IMG/VR virus record: IMGVR_UViG_3300045597_000172
DNA: 64,000 nucleotides
From: a virus
Lineage: Duplodnaviria > Heunggongvirae > Uroviricota > Caudoviricetes
Direction: 5' to 3' (one strand)
In this document: in pieces, positions 10,202-18,297 of the stretch
Numbering within the stretch: the stretch's first letter is position 1
How the letters are laid out: every line of letters begins with the position of its first letter
The notes under the pieces: model-generated
Seen by the model: only the letters and a program-made list of their open reading frames with translations
Told to the model about the DNA's origin: nothing
Database searches by the model: none
Position numbers and translations under genes: made by a program

Positions 10202-10630
10202 ATGCGTGTTTATCATGGCGGCACCGAATTCACTCAAAAATTTAAACGTCCATATGCCGCACTAAACGGCGGAAGCATTGGCTATTATGTTACGACCGAC
10301 TATCAACAAGCACAATGCTATGGCTTTGTACACACCTATGAATTCAGTCCAAAGTTAGATATGTCAACCACTCACTTAACCAAAGCCCAAGCCAAAAAAT
10401 TAAATCAATTAACACGATACTGGGAATCGTACGGAGAATCACCAACCAATCCTACAGCAATCGCCGCATTAATGTCTGGAAACGTATATGAATCAATGAT
10501 GGAAAGCATTAATGCAACCGGTGAAATGTCCAAAACAATTCAATATATACAGTCACTCGGTTATACCCATGCAAGTCAACCCGACCCTAACGTGTTTATC
10601 GTGATTGCTAACTTAAAACTTATCAATTAA
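10202..10630 (+). CDS. ADP-ribosyltransferase-fold protein (putative)
   Basis: VYHGG ... GYYVTTDYQQAQCYG matches the YHG / GxYxT..A..Y ART pattern. Confidence 0.55.
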   Translation: MRVYHGGTEFTQKFKRPYAALNGGSIGYYVTTDYQQAQCYGFVHTYEFSPKLDMSTTHLTKAQAKKLNQLTRYWESYGESPTNPTAIAALMSGNVYESMMESINATGEMSKTIQYIQSLGYTHASQPDPNVFIVIANLKLIN

Positions 10631-10642
10631 AGGAGCATTATT

Positions 10643-11581
10643 ATGTCTATTGCAAAAACATTATTAGATATTTTCAAATCAACCAATTTCAAATTAACCG
10701 ATGCGTATCAAGCGTGTCCGAATACACCACATCCAAGCGTTCGTGCTAGAATATATGAAAACTTAAATGTTTTGTTTGAAAGAATCGACAAGGGTGTCTA
10801 TAAAACAATCACCAACAATCAAGAAGCAATTTTAATTGAAGGTGATGGCCGTGATATTTCCTTTATCAAAGATCAATCCGTAGATTGCATCATGACTGAT
10901 CATCCGTGGGATGATAAAAAATCAAATCGTGGCGGTAGTCGAAACTTTACAACCTATAAAACATTTAAGTATAACCAACACGATTTTGATGAAAAAGCAC
11001 GTGTATTAAAACCCGGACATTTTCTAATCGAATTCATACCGAACGAAAATGCTAACAATTATGAATATTTACACGAAATCAAATCCATGGCCAAAAATTC
11101 TGGCTTTAAATACTATGCAAAAATTCCTTGGAAAAAAGGAACATTTGTCGCAAATACAGGACGTACTGCCAAAAACACTGAAGATGTAATGATTTTCACT
11201 AAAGGTAAAGCTATGGCATTACGCCCAAATGCCAAGAAAAACAAACAAACTGGAACTACTGACAATTTTATGTCAGGCGCAAAAGCAATGATGCCAACCT
11301 GTTTTGATTATCAACCACCGCGTAAAAAAGATCGTTTACATCCCAGTGAAAAACCTGTTGATTTATTGCAAGCTATTCTGTCATATGTTACAAACAACTA
11401 CGATATTGTACTTGATCAATTTACAGGAAGTGGTTCATCAATGATCGCGGCAATCAAGAATCATTGTAAGGTAATCGGCATTGAACTAAGTCATACCTAC
11501 TGCGAAAAAATTAAAAATCGTTTCAAAGAAAATAATTTGCCATTGATTGCACTAACGTCAAAAGAAACGAGTGAAATCTAA
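10643..11581 (+). CDS. DNA amino-methyltransferase (N4C/N6A, beta class)
   Basis: Motif IV variant TDHPW, HPSEKP, motif I VLDQFTGSGS. Confidence 0.9.
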   Translation: MSIAKTLLDIFKSTNFKLTDAYQACPNTPHPSVRARIYENLNVLFERIDKGVYKTITNNQEAILIEGDGRDISFIKDQSVDCIMTDHPWDDKKSNRGGSRNFTTYKTFKYNQHDFDEKARVLKPGHFLIEFIPNENANNYEYLHEIKSMAKNSGFKYYAKIPWKKGTFVANTGRTAKNTEDVMIFTKGKAMALRPNAKKNKQTGTTDNFMSGAKAMMPTCFDYQPPRKKDRLHPSEKPVDLLQAILSYVTNNYDIVLDQFTGSGSSMIAAIKNHCKVIGIELSHTYCEKIKNRFKENNLPLIALTSKETSEI

Positions 11582-12016
11582 ATGAATCAAGAAGAAAAAA
11601 AAATTTTTTTAATTATGCGTATCGGACAGAATCTATTTCAGTCATCAAAAAAAGTCCAAGCCTACAAAAAAGAAACTGGAAGATCAGTAAAACAAATATC
11701 AGACGGACATCATACATTCGAAGAATTATACGAACATCGTCGTATTTTGTCTAAAATCATTTTTGAACTAGCACCCGAATATTCATGGAAAAGTAAATTA
11801 CACGCAGACCATACTATGTTTGACGGTGATTTTATTGTCGGTATTTCTATTCCAAATGTCGGAGATTACTCCTATCATTACAAGTTAAAATACTGGAATG
11901 ACTTTAACGTAAAAGAATTACCAACGGCCCCACCCTACGATGGTCACCAACCATCAGATATTAAAAGATTATTGTCACTCATTCCGTTACTAAAAAGTAA
12001 AAAAAAAGGAAGATGA
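11582..12016 (+). CDS. phage-type hypothetical protein
   Basis: SDGHHTFEELYEHR motif; coupled to MTase gene. Confidence 0.7.
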   Translation: MNQEEKKIFLIMRIGQNLFQSSKKVQAYKKETGRSVKQISDGHHTFEELYEHRRILSKIIFELAPEYSWKSKLHADHTMFDGDFIVGISIPNVGDYSYHYKLKYWNDFNVKELPTAPPYDGHQPSDIKRLLSLIPLLKSKKKGR

Positions 12017-12020
12017 CTAA

Positions 12021-13022
12021 ATGGCCTATACTTGTGAACACTGTGGTGACATTGTTAAAAACCTTGACGACTACGATCATAACGATGATGGTTGGTGGTG
12101 TGATTGTAACAACTATGGTGATCTTGGATATTTCAACTTTTTTGATAAGTCAAAAAAGCCACAACTCAAAATTTATTTAGAAAGTGATCATGACGGAATT
12201 CCTATCAAATCATTGCCTAAAAACAAGAAAGTAAAATCACAAATAAGTCCATTCCGATATCCCGGAGGAAAAAGTAAACTCGCAAAATACATCGCTACCC
12301 AAATCAGACCGACTTATCAAAATACTTTAATAAGTCCGTTTTGTGGCGGTGCAAGTGTAGAGCTTGCATTACTAGAATCAAATATCGTAAATAACCTCGT
12401 TCTAAACGATTTAGACCCACTTATCTATAATGTATTCAATATGATTTTAAAACACCCCACTGAGCTGATTAACGAGTTAAAATCAATAAATATCGACCAT
12501 CAATTATTCAACCACGCAAAAAAAATCGTACTTGGAAAAGAAATTGAGAATAATTCAATCACTAAAGCAGCACTGACTTTAATAAACAACCGCTGCTCAT
12601 ACTCTGGCATATATTATGCTGGAGCACTTGGTGGAAAAAACGGAGATGTCAAAACATTAACATCAAGACTGAATATCCAAAACTTATGTGAAAAAATCAT
12701 AACTATAAACAAACTTCAAAATCATATTACACTCTTAAATTTAGATGTTCATGCAATCCTAAATGAATATACAGGCAATCACAATACTTTATACATTGAT
12801 CCGCCTTACGTGAAAAATGGACCAAAACTATATGCCAAAAATTACGGTACACTAAACGAACACTATAATTTGTTACTTGACGTGCAATCAAATTTTGAAG
12901 AATTCCCAAGCGACGACATATTATTGTTTTACGACGATGACGAATTTATTGATCGATATTGCATCAATCAGCCCATTAAACTACGACGAAAATTCAGCAT
13001 TAACAAAAAATCAAATCCTTAA
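12021..13022 (+). CDS. Dam-like (D12 class) DNA adenine methyltransferase with N-terminal Zn ribbon
   Basis: SPFRYPGGKSKL, SPFCGGASV, NDLD, YIDPPY; N-terminal CEHC...CDC. Confidence 0.9.
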   Translation: MAYTCEHCGDIVKNLDDYDHNDDGWWCDCNNYGDLGYFNFFDKSKKPQLKIYLESDHDGIPIKSLPKNKKVKSQISPFRYPGGKSKLAKYIATQIRPTYQNTLISPFCGGASVELALLESNIVNNLVLNDLDPLIYNVFNMILKHPTELINELKSINIDHQLFNHAKKIVLGKEIENNSITKAALTLINNRCSYSGIYYAGALGGKNGDVKTLTSRLNIQNLCEKIITINKLQNHITLLNLDVHAILNEYTGNHNTLYIDPPYVKNGPKLYAKNYGTLNEHYNLLLDVQSNFEEFPSDDILLFYDDDEFIDRYCINQPIKLRRKFSINKKSNP

Positions 13023-13027
13023 CACAA

Positions 13028-13080
13028 AGCGCCACAGGCGCTTTTTTTACAATACGATTAATGTGTTTCCAACACATTAA
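13028..13080 (+). repeat. terminator + hairpin repeat unit, copy 2
   Basis: AGCGCC-ACA-GGCGCT-T6 then TTAATGTGTT-TCC-AACACATTAA. Confidence 0.85.
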
Positions 13081-13119
13081 CCATACATAGAAAATCATTT
13101 AAGAAAGGATGATCCAACC

Positions 13120-13497
13120 ATGTTCATCGCAAAATTTACTAACCCAGAAATAATGCCATTCAAAAAACTAATGTTGGAGGATTCTCAACCAATAAAAGAC
13201 CTCACATCTTATCAGTCATACTGCATGTACCAAAACTATTATTTCCAATCCGCCGTCAATGAATTAATGATTCGCAAACACCAAAACACAAAATCTATCG
13301 TGCTTGCAAGAATCAAAATCAATCATCGAAACATTGGAACCGCCACAAAAATCATTAAAAACCTAGAAAATCTAGCTAAAGAATTAAATTACAAAGAAGT
13401 AATCATTGAATCCATTTTAACTACTGAAATGTGGAACTTAGCAGATTCACTTGGATACCAAAAAAAAGAATTCGACGCAATTAAAAAAATACAGTGA
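13120..13497 (+). CDS. GNAT acetyltransferase-like protein
   Basis: HRNIGTATKIIKNLENLAKELNYKEVIIES resembles GNAT motif A. Confidence 0.6.
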   Translation: MFIAKFTNPEIMPFKKLMLEDSQPIKDLTSYQSYCMYQNYYFQSAVNELMIRKHQNTKSIVLARIKINHRNIGTATKIIKNLENLAKELNYKEVIIESILTTEMWNLADSLGYQKKEFDAIKKIQ

Positions 13498-13508
13498 TCG
13501 GAGAAATC

Positions 13509-13991
13509 ATGAAATACCTTGGATTATCACGCCAAAAACTAATAAATATCATTAACAATAACAACATAAATTTTAAAAACACTGCCCTGATAATTTTTCT
13601 GGACAGTGATTTGGATACTGCATCAAACACTTATATCCAAAAATTTTTAAAATTAATCAAGAATTACAACAGCTTAATTCTAACGATTGACGACATTCCA
13701 AAAAAATATCCAAATTTGATCCCACCAACTAAGAAAACCGCAATTCAAATCAAAACATTTATTGACCATCTTCAAAACCAAAATCTAATAATTAGTTGTA
13801 CCGCCGGAATTAGCCGAACAGGCGCAGTAATTCATTATTTAGATGTTCTTAACAACAACGATACTAACTGGCAAAAGATACACAGCCGTGAGGATAACCT
13901 AACTTATTACAAAAACGACCAGTATTTACCAAACACCGTTTTAGACCGTAACCTACAAAAGTTACTAAAAAATAAAAGAAAAGAGTCCTAA
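13509..13991 (+). CDS. protein tyrosine/dual-specificity phosphatase-like protein
   Basis: CX5R loop CTAGISRTGAV. Confidence 0.8.
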   Translation: MKYLGLSRQKLINIINNNNINFKNTALIIFLDSDLDTASNTYIQKFLKLIKNYNSLILTIDDIPKKYPNLIPPTKKTAIQIKTFIDHLQNQNLIISCTAGISRTGAVIHYLDVLNNNDTNWQKIHSREDNLTYYKNDQYLPNTVLDRNLQKLLKNKRKES

Positions 13992-13993
13992 AA

Positions 13994-14341
13994 ATGAAAA
14001 CTATCAATTTAAAAGAACCAATCGACGTCACATTCTACGGTGACGACGAACCTATGAAATACACAAAAATAGGATTAACAAAATATCCATATCCAGAAAA
14101 CACAAAAGATCAAGGAATCTTATTACTACCAGAAAACAACCAAGAATCTGCAATCTTAACCGTTAGCGTCAACCTACGACTAGGTCTACCCGAAAATAAA
14201 GTTGCAATTAACATCAATGACACGTTAATCAAAAATCAAGCATTACCTGCTTTAATCAAACAAGGCATTCTGGAAGCTGAACCAGACTTCCAAGTACCGT
14301 CTGGATTTGTTCAATACCCAATTCATACAATCTTAATTTAA
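13994..14341 (+). CDS. hypothetical protein
   Basis: 115 aa ORF in operon. Confidence 0.7.
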   Translation: MKTINLKEPIDVTFYGDDEPMKYTKIGLTKYPYPENTKDQGILLLPENNQESAILTVSVNLRLGLPENKVAININDTLIKNQALPALIKQGILEAEPDFQVPSGFVQYPIHTILI

Positions 14342-14356
14342 AGGAGTAAAATAATC

Positions 14357-14680
14357 ATGAAATATATGCAAAAACCCGTAATTGTAGACGCCGTCTGTAT
14401 TGATTTCCATTCATTATCAAAACAGTCACCAAAAACATCCGTAATAAACGCAGTTACAAAGACTGGCGAAGCCTTTAGTGATTTTCCGAATTGGCTAAAA
14501 GACGCAATTAAAGATCAACGAATCTACATCAAACCACCCTCCACATGGAATATCATTGTAAAAACACCATTTGGAGAACTTACCGGACACATTGGTGACT
14601 ACATTGTAAAAAATAAAGATGGACAATTATCCATCTGGAAAGGACACGTATTTGAAGAACGTTTTGCAAAACTACTATAA
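14357..14680 (+). CDS. phage-type hypothetical protein
   Basis: KPVIVDAV ... GDYIVK ... VFEERF; AAGGAG RBS. Confidence 0.7.
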   Translation: MKYMQKPVIVDAVCIDFHSLSKQSPKTSVINAVTKTGEAFSDFPNWLKDAIKDQRIYIKPPSTWNIIVKTPFGELTGHIGDYIVKNKDGQLSIWKGHVFEERFAKLL

Positions 14681-14705
14681 TCATCATAAAAAAGGAGAAA
14701 TTGAA

Positions 14706-15701
14706 TTGAAAAAATTAATAACCGGAATTAGTACAATTGCTATTTTATTAAGTATGGGAACTACATCTGCGTCAGCAAGAGGATTCGGACACGTAAGCGT
14801 CCACACCACCCCTCACGTGAGTGAACATTTCTCACCACACGTAACAGAACACGAAACAAATCATTTTACAAAAGAACCTCGTACTCATAGTTATCATAGT
14901 TACAATCGATCCAATTATCATTCATATAATAACCATCATACCGGAATTATGTGGTTCTTATTTGGATGGATGAGCGGTCATCATACTAATCAATCACACA
15001 CGGCCAATACGACTAAAAAAGCCGCTGCAACACCGTCTAAATCATTAGCAACTTCTGTAATGACAACCTCGATCAAAAACCAAATTGGAAAGGAAGTGAA
15101 ATATAACAATGCCGGCGCATTCATTGTAAACAACAACAAGTCAACCCTAAATGCTAACGTAAACGTTGCACCATACGCAACCAATACATTAGATAGCCAA
15201 AAACGCGCGGCCGACGGCGAAGCATTGCTAAACAAAACGACACGTCAATACCAAAATCGTCAAAGTACAAATAACGGCGCAAGTGACTGGAAACCAGCCG
15301 GTTTCATTCAGCGCAGTAATTTAAGCGGTACTTATTCACACGCCTACAATCGTGGACATTTACTCGGCTATGCACTCGTTGGCAATCTTAAAGGCTTTGA
15401 CGCATCCGAAAGTAATGCTAAAAACATCGCGACACAAACAGCTTGGGCTAACGAAGCACGTGATACTAATTCAACTGGACAAAACTATTATGAAGGCTTA
15501 GTCCGCAAAGCACTTGATCAAAACAAGACAGTTCGTTACAGTGTCAAAGACTTGTACGAAAACAAAACAGCTAAAGTTCCAAGCGGTGCATGGATTCAAG
15601 CAAAATCTAAAGACGGCTCGATCAACTTTAACGTCTTCGTACCAAATGTCCAAGCTGGTCTCAAAATTAATTATCAAACAGGAAACACTACACTAAACTA
15701 A
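14706..15701 (+). CDS. secreted DNA/RNA non-specific endonuclease (streptodornase/DNA-entry nuclease type)
   Basis: Signal peptide from TTG 14706 after AAGGAG; His-Me motif NRGHLLG, QTAWAN, NYYE. Confidence 0.85.
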   Translation: MKKLITGISTIAILLSMGTTSASARGFGHVSVHTTPHVSEHFSPHVTEHETNHFTKEPRTHSYHSYNRSNYHSYNNHHTGIMWFLFGWMSGHHTNQSHTANTTKKAAATPSKSLATSVMTTSIKNQIGKEVKYNNAGAFIVNNNKSTLNANVNVAPYATNTLDSQKRAADGEALLNKTTRQYQNRQSTNNGASDWKPAGFIQRSNLSGTYSHAYNRGHLLGYALVGNLKGFDASESNAKNIATQTAWANEARDTNSTGQNYYEGLVRKALDQNKTVRYSVKDLYENKTAKVPSGAWIQAKSKDGSINFNVFVPNVQAGLKINYQTGNTTLN

Positions 15702-15723
15702 AATAAGAAAGAAGACATTTAAT

Positions 15724-16089
15724 ATGACCCCAATCATTGGCTACGGCCTAAAAGCAAAAGACATCAGACGATTCATGAAAAGCGTAAGTATTGATCCATA
15801 CAAATATGACCAATTTAAAGATGACAAAAATGACCACAAAATCTTAGATGGAGTTCTAAAGAATAAGAATCTGAATTATTTTTCACCAACTGATAATGAC
15901 GACTGGATCTTATACCAACCAGCAATCAGACCTGCTGAAGAAAAACAAAGCATTAATTCAACATCTCAAGTTGAACGTGAACTTATCAAAGTCATCACAG
16001 AATTATACGACGTACCACAAAAATTGACACTTCCACTAACCGTTTTTGTTGTTGCAAACGCAAAGGATATTGAAGAATGCCTAGAATAA
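15724..16089 (+). CDS. hypothetical protein
   Basis: PIIGYG motif shared with 16716-17162. Confidence 0.7.
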   Translation: MTPIIGYGLKAKDIRRFMKSVSIDPYKYDQFKDDKNDHKILDGVLKNKNLNYFSPTDNDDWILYQPAIRPAEEKQSINSTSQVERELIKVITELYDVPQKLTLPLTVFVVANAKDIEECLE

Positions 16090-16135
16090 TTCTTCATGCT
16101 AAATTCAAGATCAATAAGAAAGAAGTGTTTTAACT

Positions 16136-16696
16136 ATGAAAAAAACAATTGTTCTAATTGTAGGACCAAGCGGTTCAGGCAAAACAACACTGATGCACAA
16201 TGTTTTCCAACCCCGCCAATTCATTCGCTCAGCAACTACCCGTCCGATGCGACCAACGGAAAAGAAAAACGTTGACTATTTATTTATCGATCAAAATCGG
16301 TTCGATGAATTAATCGAAAAAGACCGTTTCGTACAACATGTCGAATATGATCATCAGCAATACGGTGTTCTAAAAGACGAAATTCATAACAAACTACGCC
16401 GTGATCACACGGTCGTTTTACCCGTTATTTACCCGGCCATTAAACAATTTGAAAAATTTGCCAACGACAATAACTATCAAGTTCTCACGGTCTTCACCGA
16501 TATTAAATATGATCGGTTGCTTGAACATTTCAAAGACCGTCACGAAACTGAATCGCAAAAAGAAAAACGTATTGCTCTTTATCAAGACGAAATCAAACTC
16601 AAAAGTAATTTTGATCAGCAACACATCTTAGATATGAATCCTGACGATCATGGAAAAAGTGCCGGTCAAAAACTGAAATCACTCCTAAATTTATAA
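16136..16696 (+). CDS. guanylate kinase-like nucleotide kinase
   Basis: GPSGSGKT P-loop, TTRPMRPTE, DYLF, QYG. Confidence 0.85.
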   Translation: MKKTIVLIVGPSGSGKTTLMHNVFQPRQFIRSATTRPMRPTEKKNVDYLFIDQNRFDELIEKDRFVQHVEYDHQQYGVLKDEIHNKLRRDHTVVLPVIYPAIKQFEKFANDNNYQVLTVFTDIKYDRLLEHFKDRHETESQKEKRIALYQDEIKLKSNFDQQHILDMNPDDHGKSAGQKLKSLLNL

Positions 16697-16715
16697 TAGA
16701 AAGAAGAAAATTATT

Positions 16716-17162
16716 ATGACAAATACAAAAAATCCATTTCAAAAATTAAGCGGATATTCAAACAACCATGATTTCCCAATTATCGGTTACGGTATCACAA
16801 TTGAAACACTTCAAAGTTTTCTGTTTGAACATAACATAAACACTGACTTCAAAATTAAAAATTCTGAAAACCCCGAACTCGAACCAGACTATGATGATCT
16901 CGTTGACGCTTGTCAAAAAAACCAAAACTTGATTGAATACACCGCCTTTAGCAATGTAGACGGAGAAGTTCTAATTCATTATGCAAAAATATATGCAGTA
17001 AACCCTGAAGAAAAATTAAGATCACGTGACGAATTAGATGATGCACTTCTGACAGCAGCAAATTCATTATTCGAGATTCCAAACGATGAAAAAGTACAAG
17101 CAGAATTAAAATCATTTATTAAAGACTATGCTGATGATATTTTCATCTGTGATTTCTCCTAA
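16716..17162 (+). CDS. hypothetical protein
   Basis: PIIGYG motif; paralog-like. Confidence 0.7.
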   Translation: MTNTKNPFQKLSGYSNNHDFPIIGYGITIETLQSFLFEHNINTDFKIKNSENPELEPDYDDLVDACQKNQNLIEYTAFSNVDGEVLIHYAKIYAVNPEEKLRSRDELDDALLTAANSLFEIPNDEKVQAELKSFIKDYADDIFICDFS

Positions 17163-17194
17163 GCAGCGCGCAATAGAAAGGTGTTGAACACCAA

Positions 17195-17749
17195 TTGGGA
17201 TTAGATATATATGTTGACGAGCTTGAAAAATCAAAAATTGATAATACCCATACTATTATTATTAAAGATTTCCAAACATCAACCCTAGAACTACTAACCA
17301 ATTACAAAAATGAATACGATCGAATCAATGATGATCTAAGAAAAGCTTATAACGCTTTAGACATTGACTATTGTGAAGAACCCTATTACTTAGACATGAT
17401 CATCAGCAATTTAAAATCAAAAACAGGACAATACTTAGATCCAAAATCATTAAGTCCTAAAGAATTAAGCTTTTATAAAAAAATATGTTACCAAGAAATG
17501 CCAGATGACATTAAAACAAAACTTAAAATCAATAAATTACCAACTAAAGAAATTTTTTACGCACGTAAAGACTACGTCTTATGCGATAAACTAGCAAAAA
17601 TGATCTCTAAACTATCAAACAATAAAATCGATATAGACACCATAAATGGTTTTTCAATCTTATTAACACCAGCAACCCAACCTTTATTTGATCTTATCGA
17701 TTTTCAAAAAAAAGAAACCAAAACATACTTACTACTTATTTGGTACTAA
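17195..17749 (+). CDS. hypothetical protein
   Basis: MGLD start typical of phage-type ORFs; AGAAAGG RBS. Confidence 0.7.
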   Translation: MGLDIYVDELEKSKIDNTHTIIIKDFQTSTLELLTNYKNEYDRINDDLRKAYNALDIDYCEEPYYLDMIISNLKSKTGQYLDPKSLSPKELSFYKKICYQEMPDDIKTKLKINKLPTKEIFYARKDYVLCDKLAKMISKLSNNKIDIDTINGFSILLTPATQPLFDLIDFQKKETKTYLLLIWY

Positions 17750-17764
17750 AAAGGAGAACGCAAT

Positions 17765-18274
17765 ATGATTTATTCCGGATTTGCCGGTATCGGAAAAACC
17801 TATGCCGCAAAAACAAACAAAAACGTCATCGATTTGGAATCATCTCAATATCAATGGCAAAATGCCGATTCAAAATCAATTGAGTCAGCAAAAGGTAATT
17901 ACACCAAAAAAAATCCAAATTGGCCAAAAAATTACATCAATGAAATCATAACGAAAAATAACCAAAAATATATCGTTTTGATTTCAGCACAACCAATAAT
18001 TTTACACGAACTAGAAAAGAAAAAGATTGAATTTAATACCGTCACACCTGAAATTGATGATAAAGAAATCTATCTTGATCGATACAAAAATCGAGGAAAT
18101 TCAAAAGAATTCGTTAGTCTAATGTCAAAAAACTTTGAAAGATTTGTTAATGACCTAGATACCAATAAGGCTGCTAAAAAGCATATTAAACTTCATACCA
18201 ATAAATTTATTTCCGGATTATTTAACGAAACGAATAATAAAAATATAAGTCTAACATCGCAGTTAGACTTATAA
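17765..18274 (+). CDS. small P-loop NTPase/kinase
   Basis: SGFAGIGKT, DLESS. Confidence 0.75.
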   Translation: MIYSGFAGIGKTYAAKTNKNVIDLESSQYQWQNADSKSIESAKGNYTKKNPNWPKNYINEIITKNNQKYIVLISAQPIILHELEKKKIEFNTVTPEIDDKEIYLDRYKNRGNSKEFVSLMSKNFERFVNDLDTNKAAKKHIKLHTNKFISGLFNETNNKNISLTSQLDL

Positions 18275-18297
18275 AATCAAAAAAAGAGGTTGATAAA

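Noticed and set aside
17180-17192. GGTGTT-G-AACACC as a third copy of the hairpin motif
   Set aside because: 1-nt centre instead of TCC, overlaps the RBS, no upstream terminator
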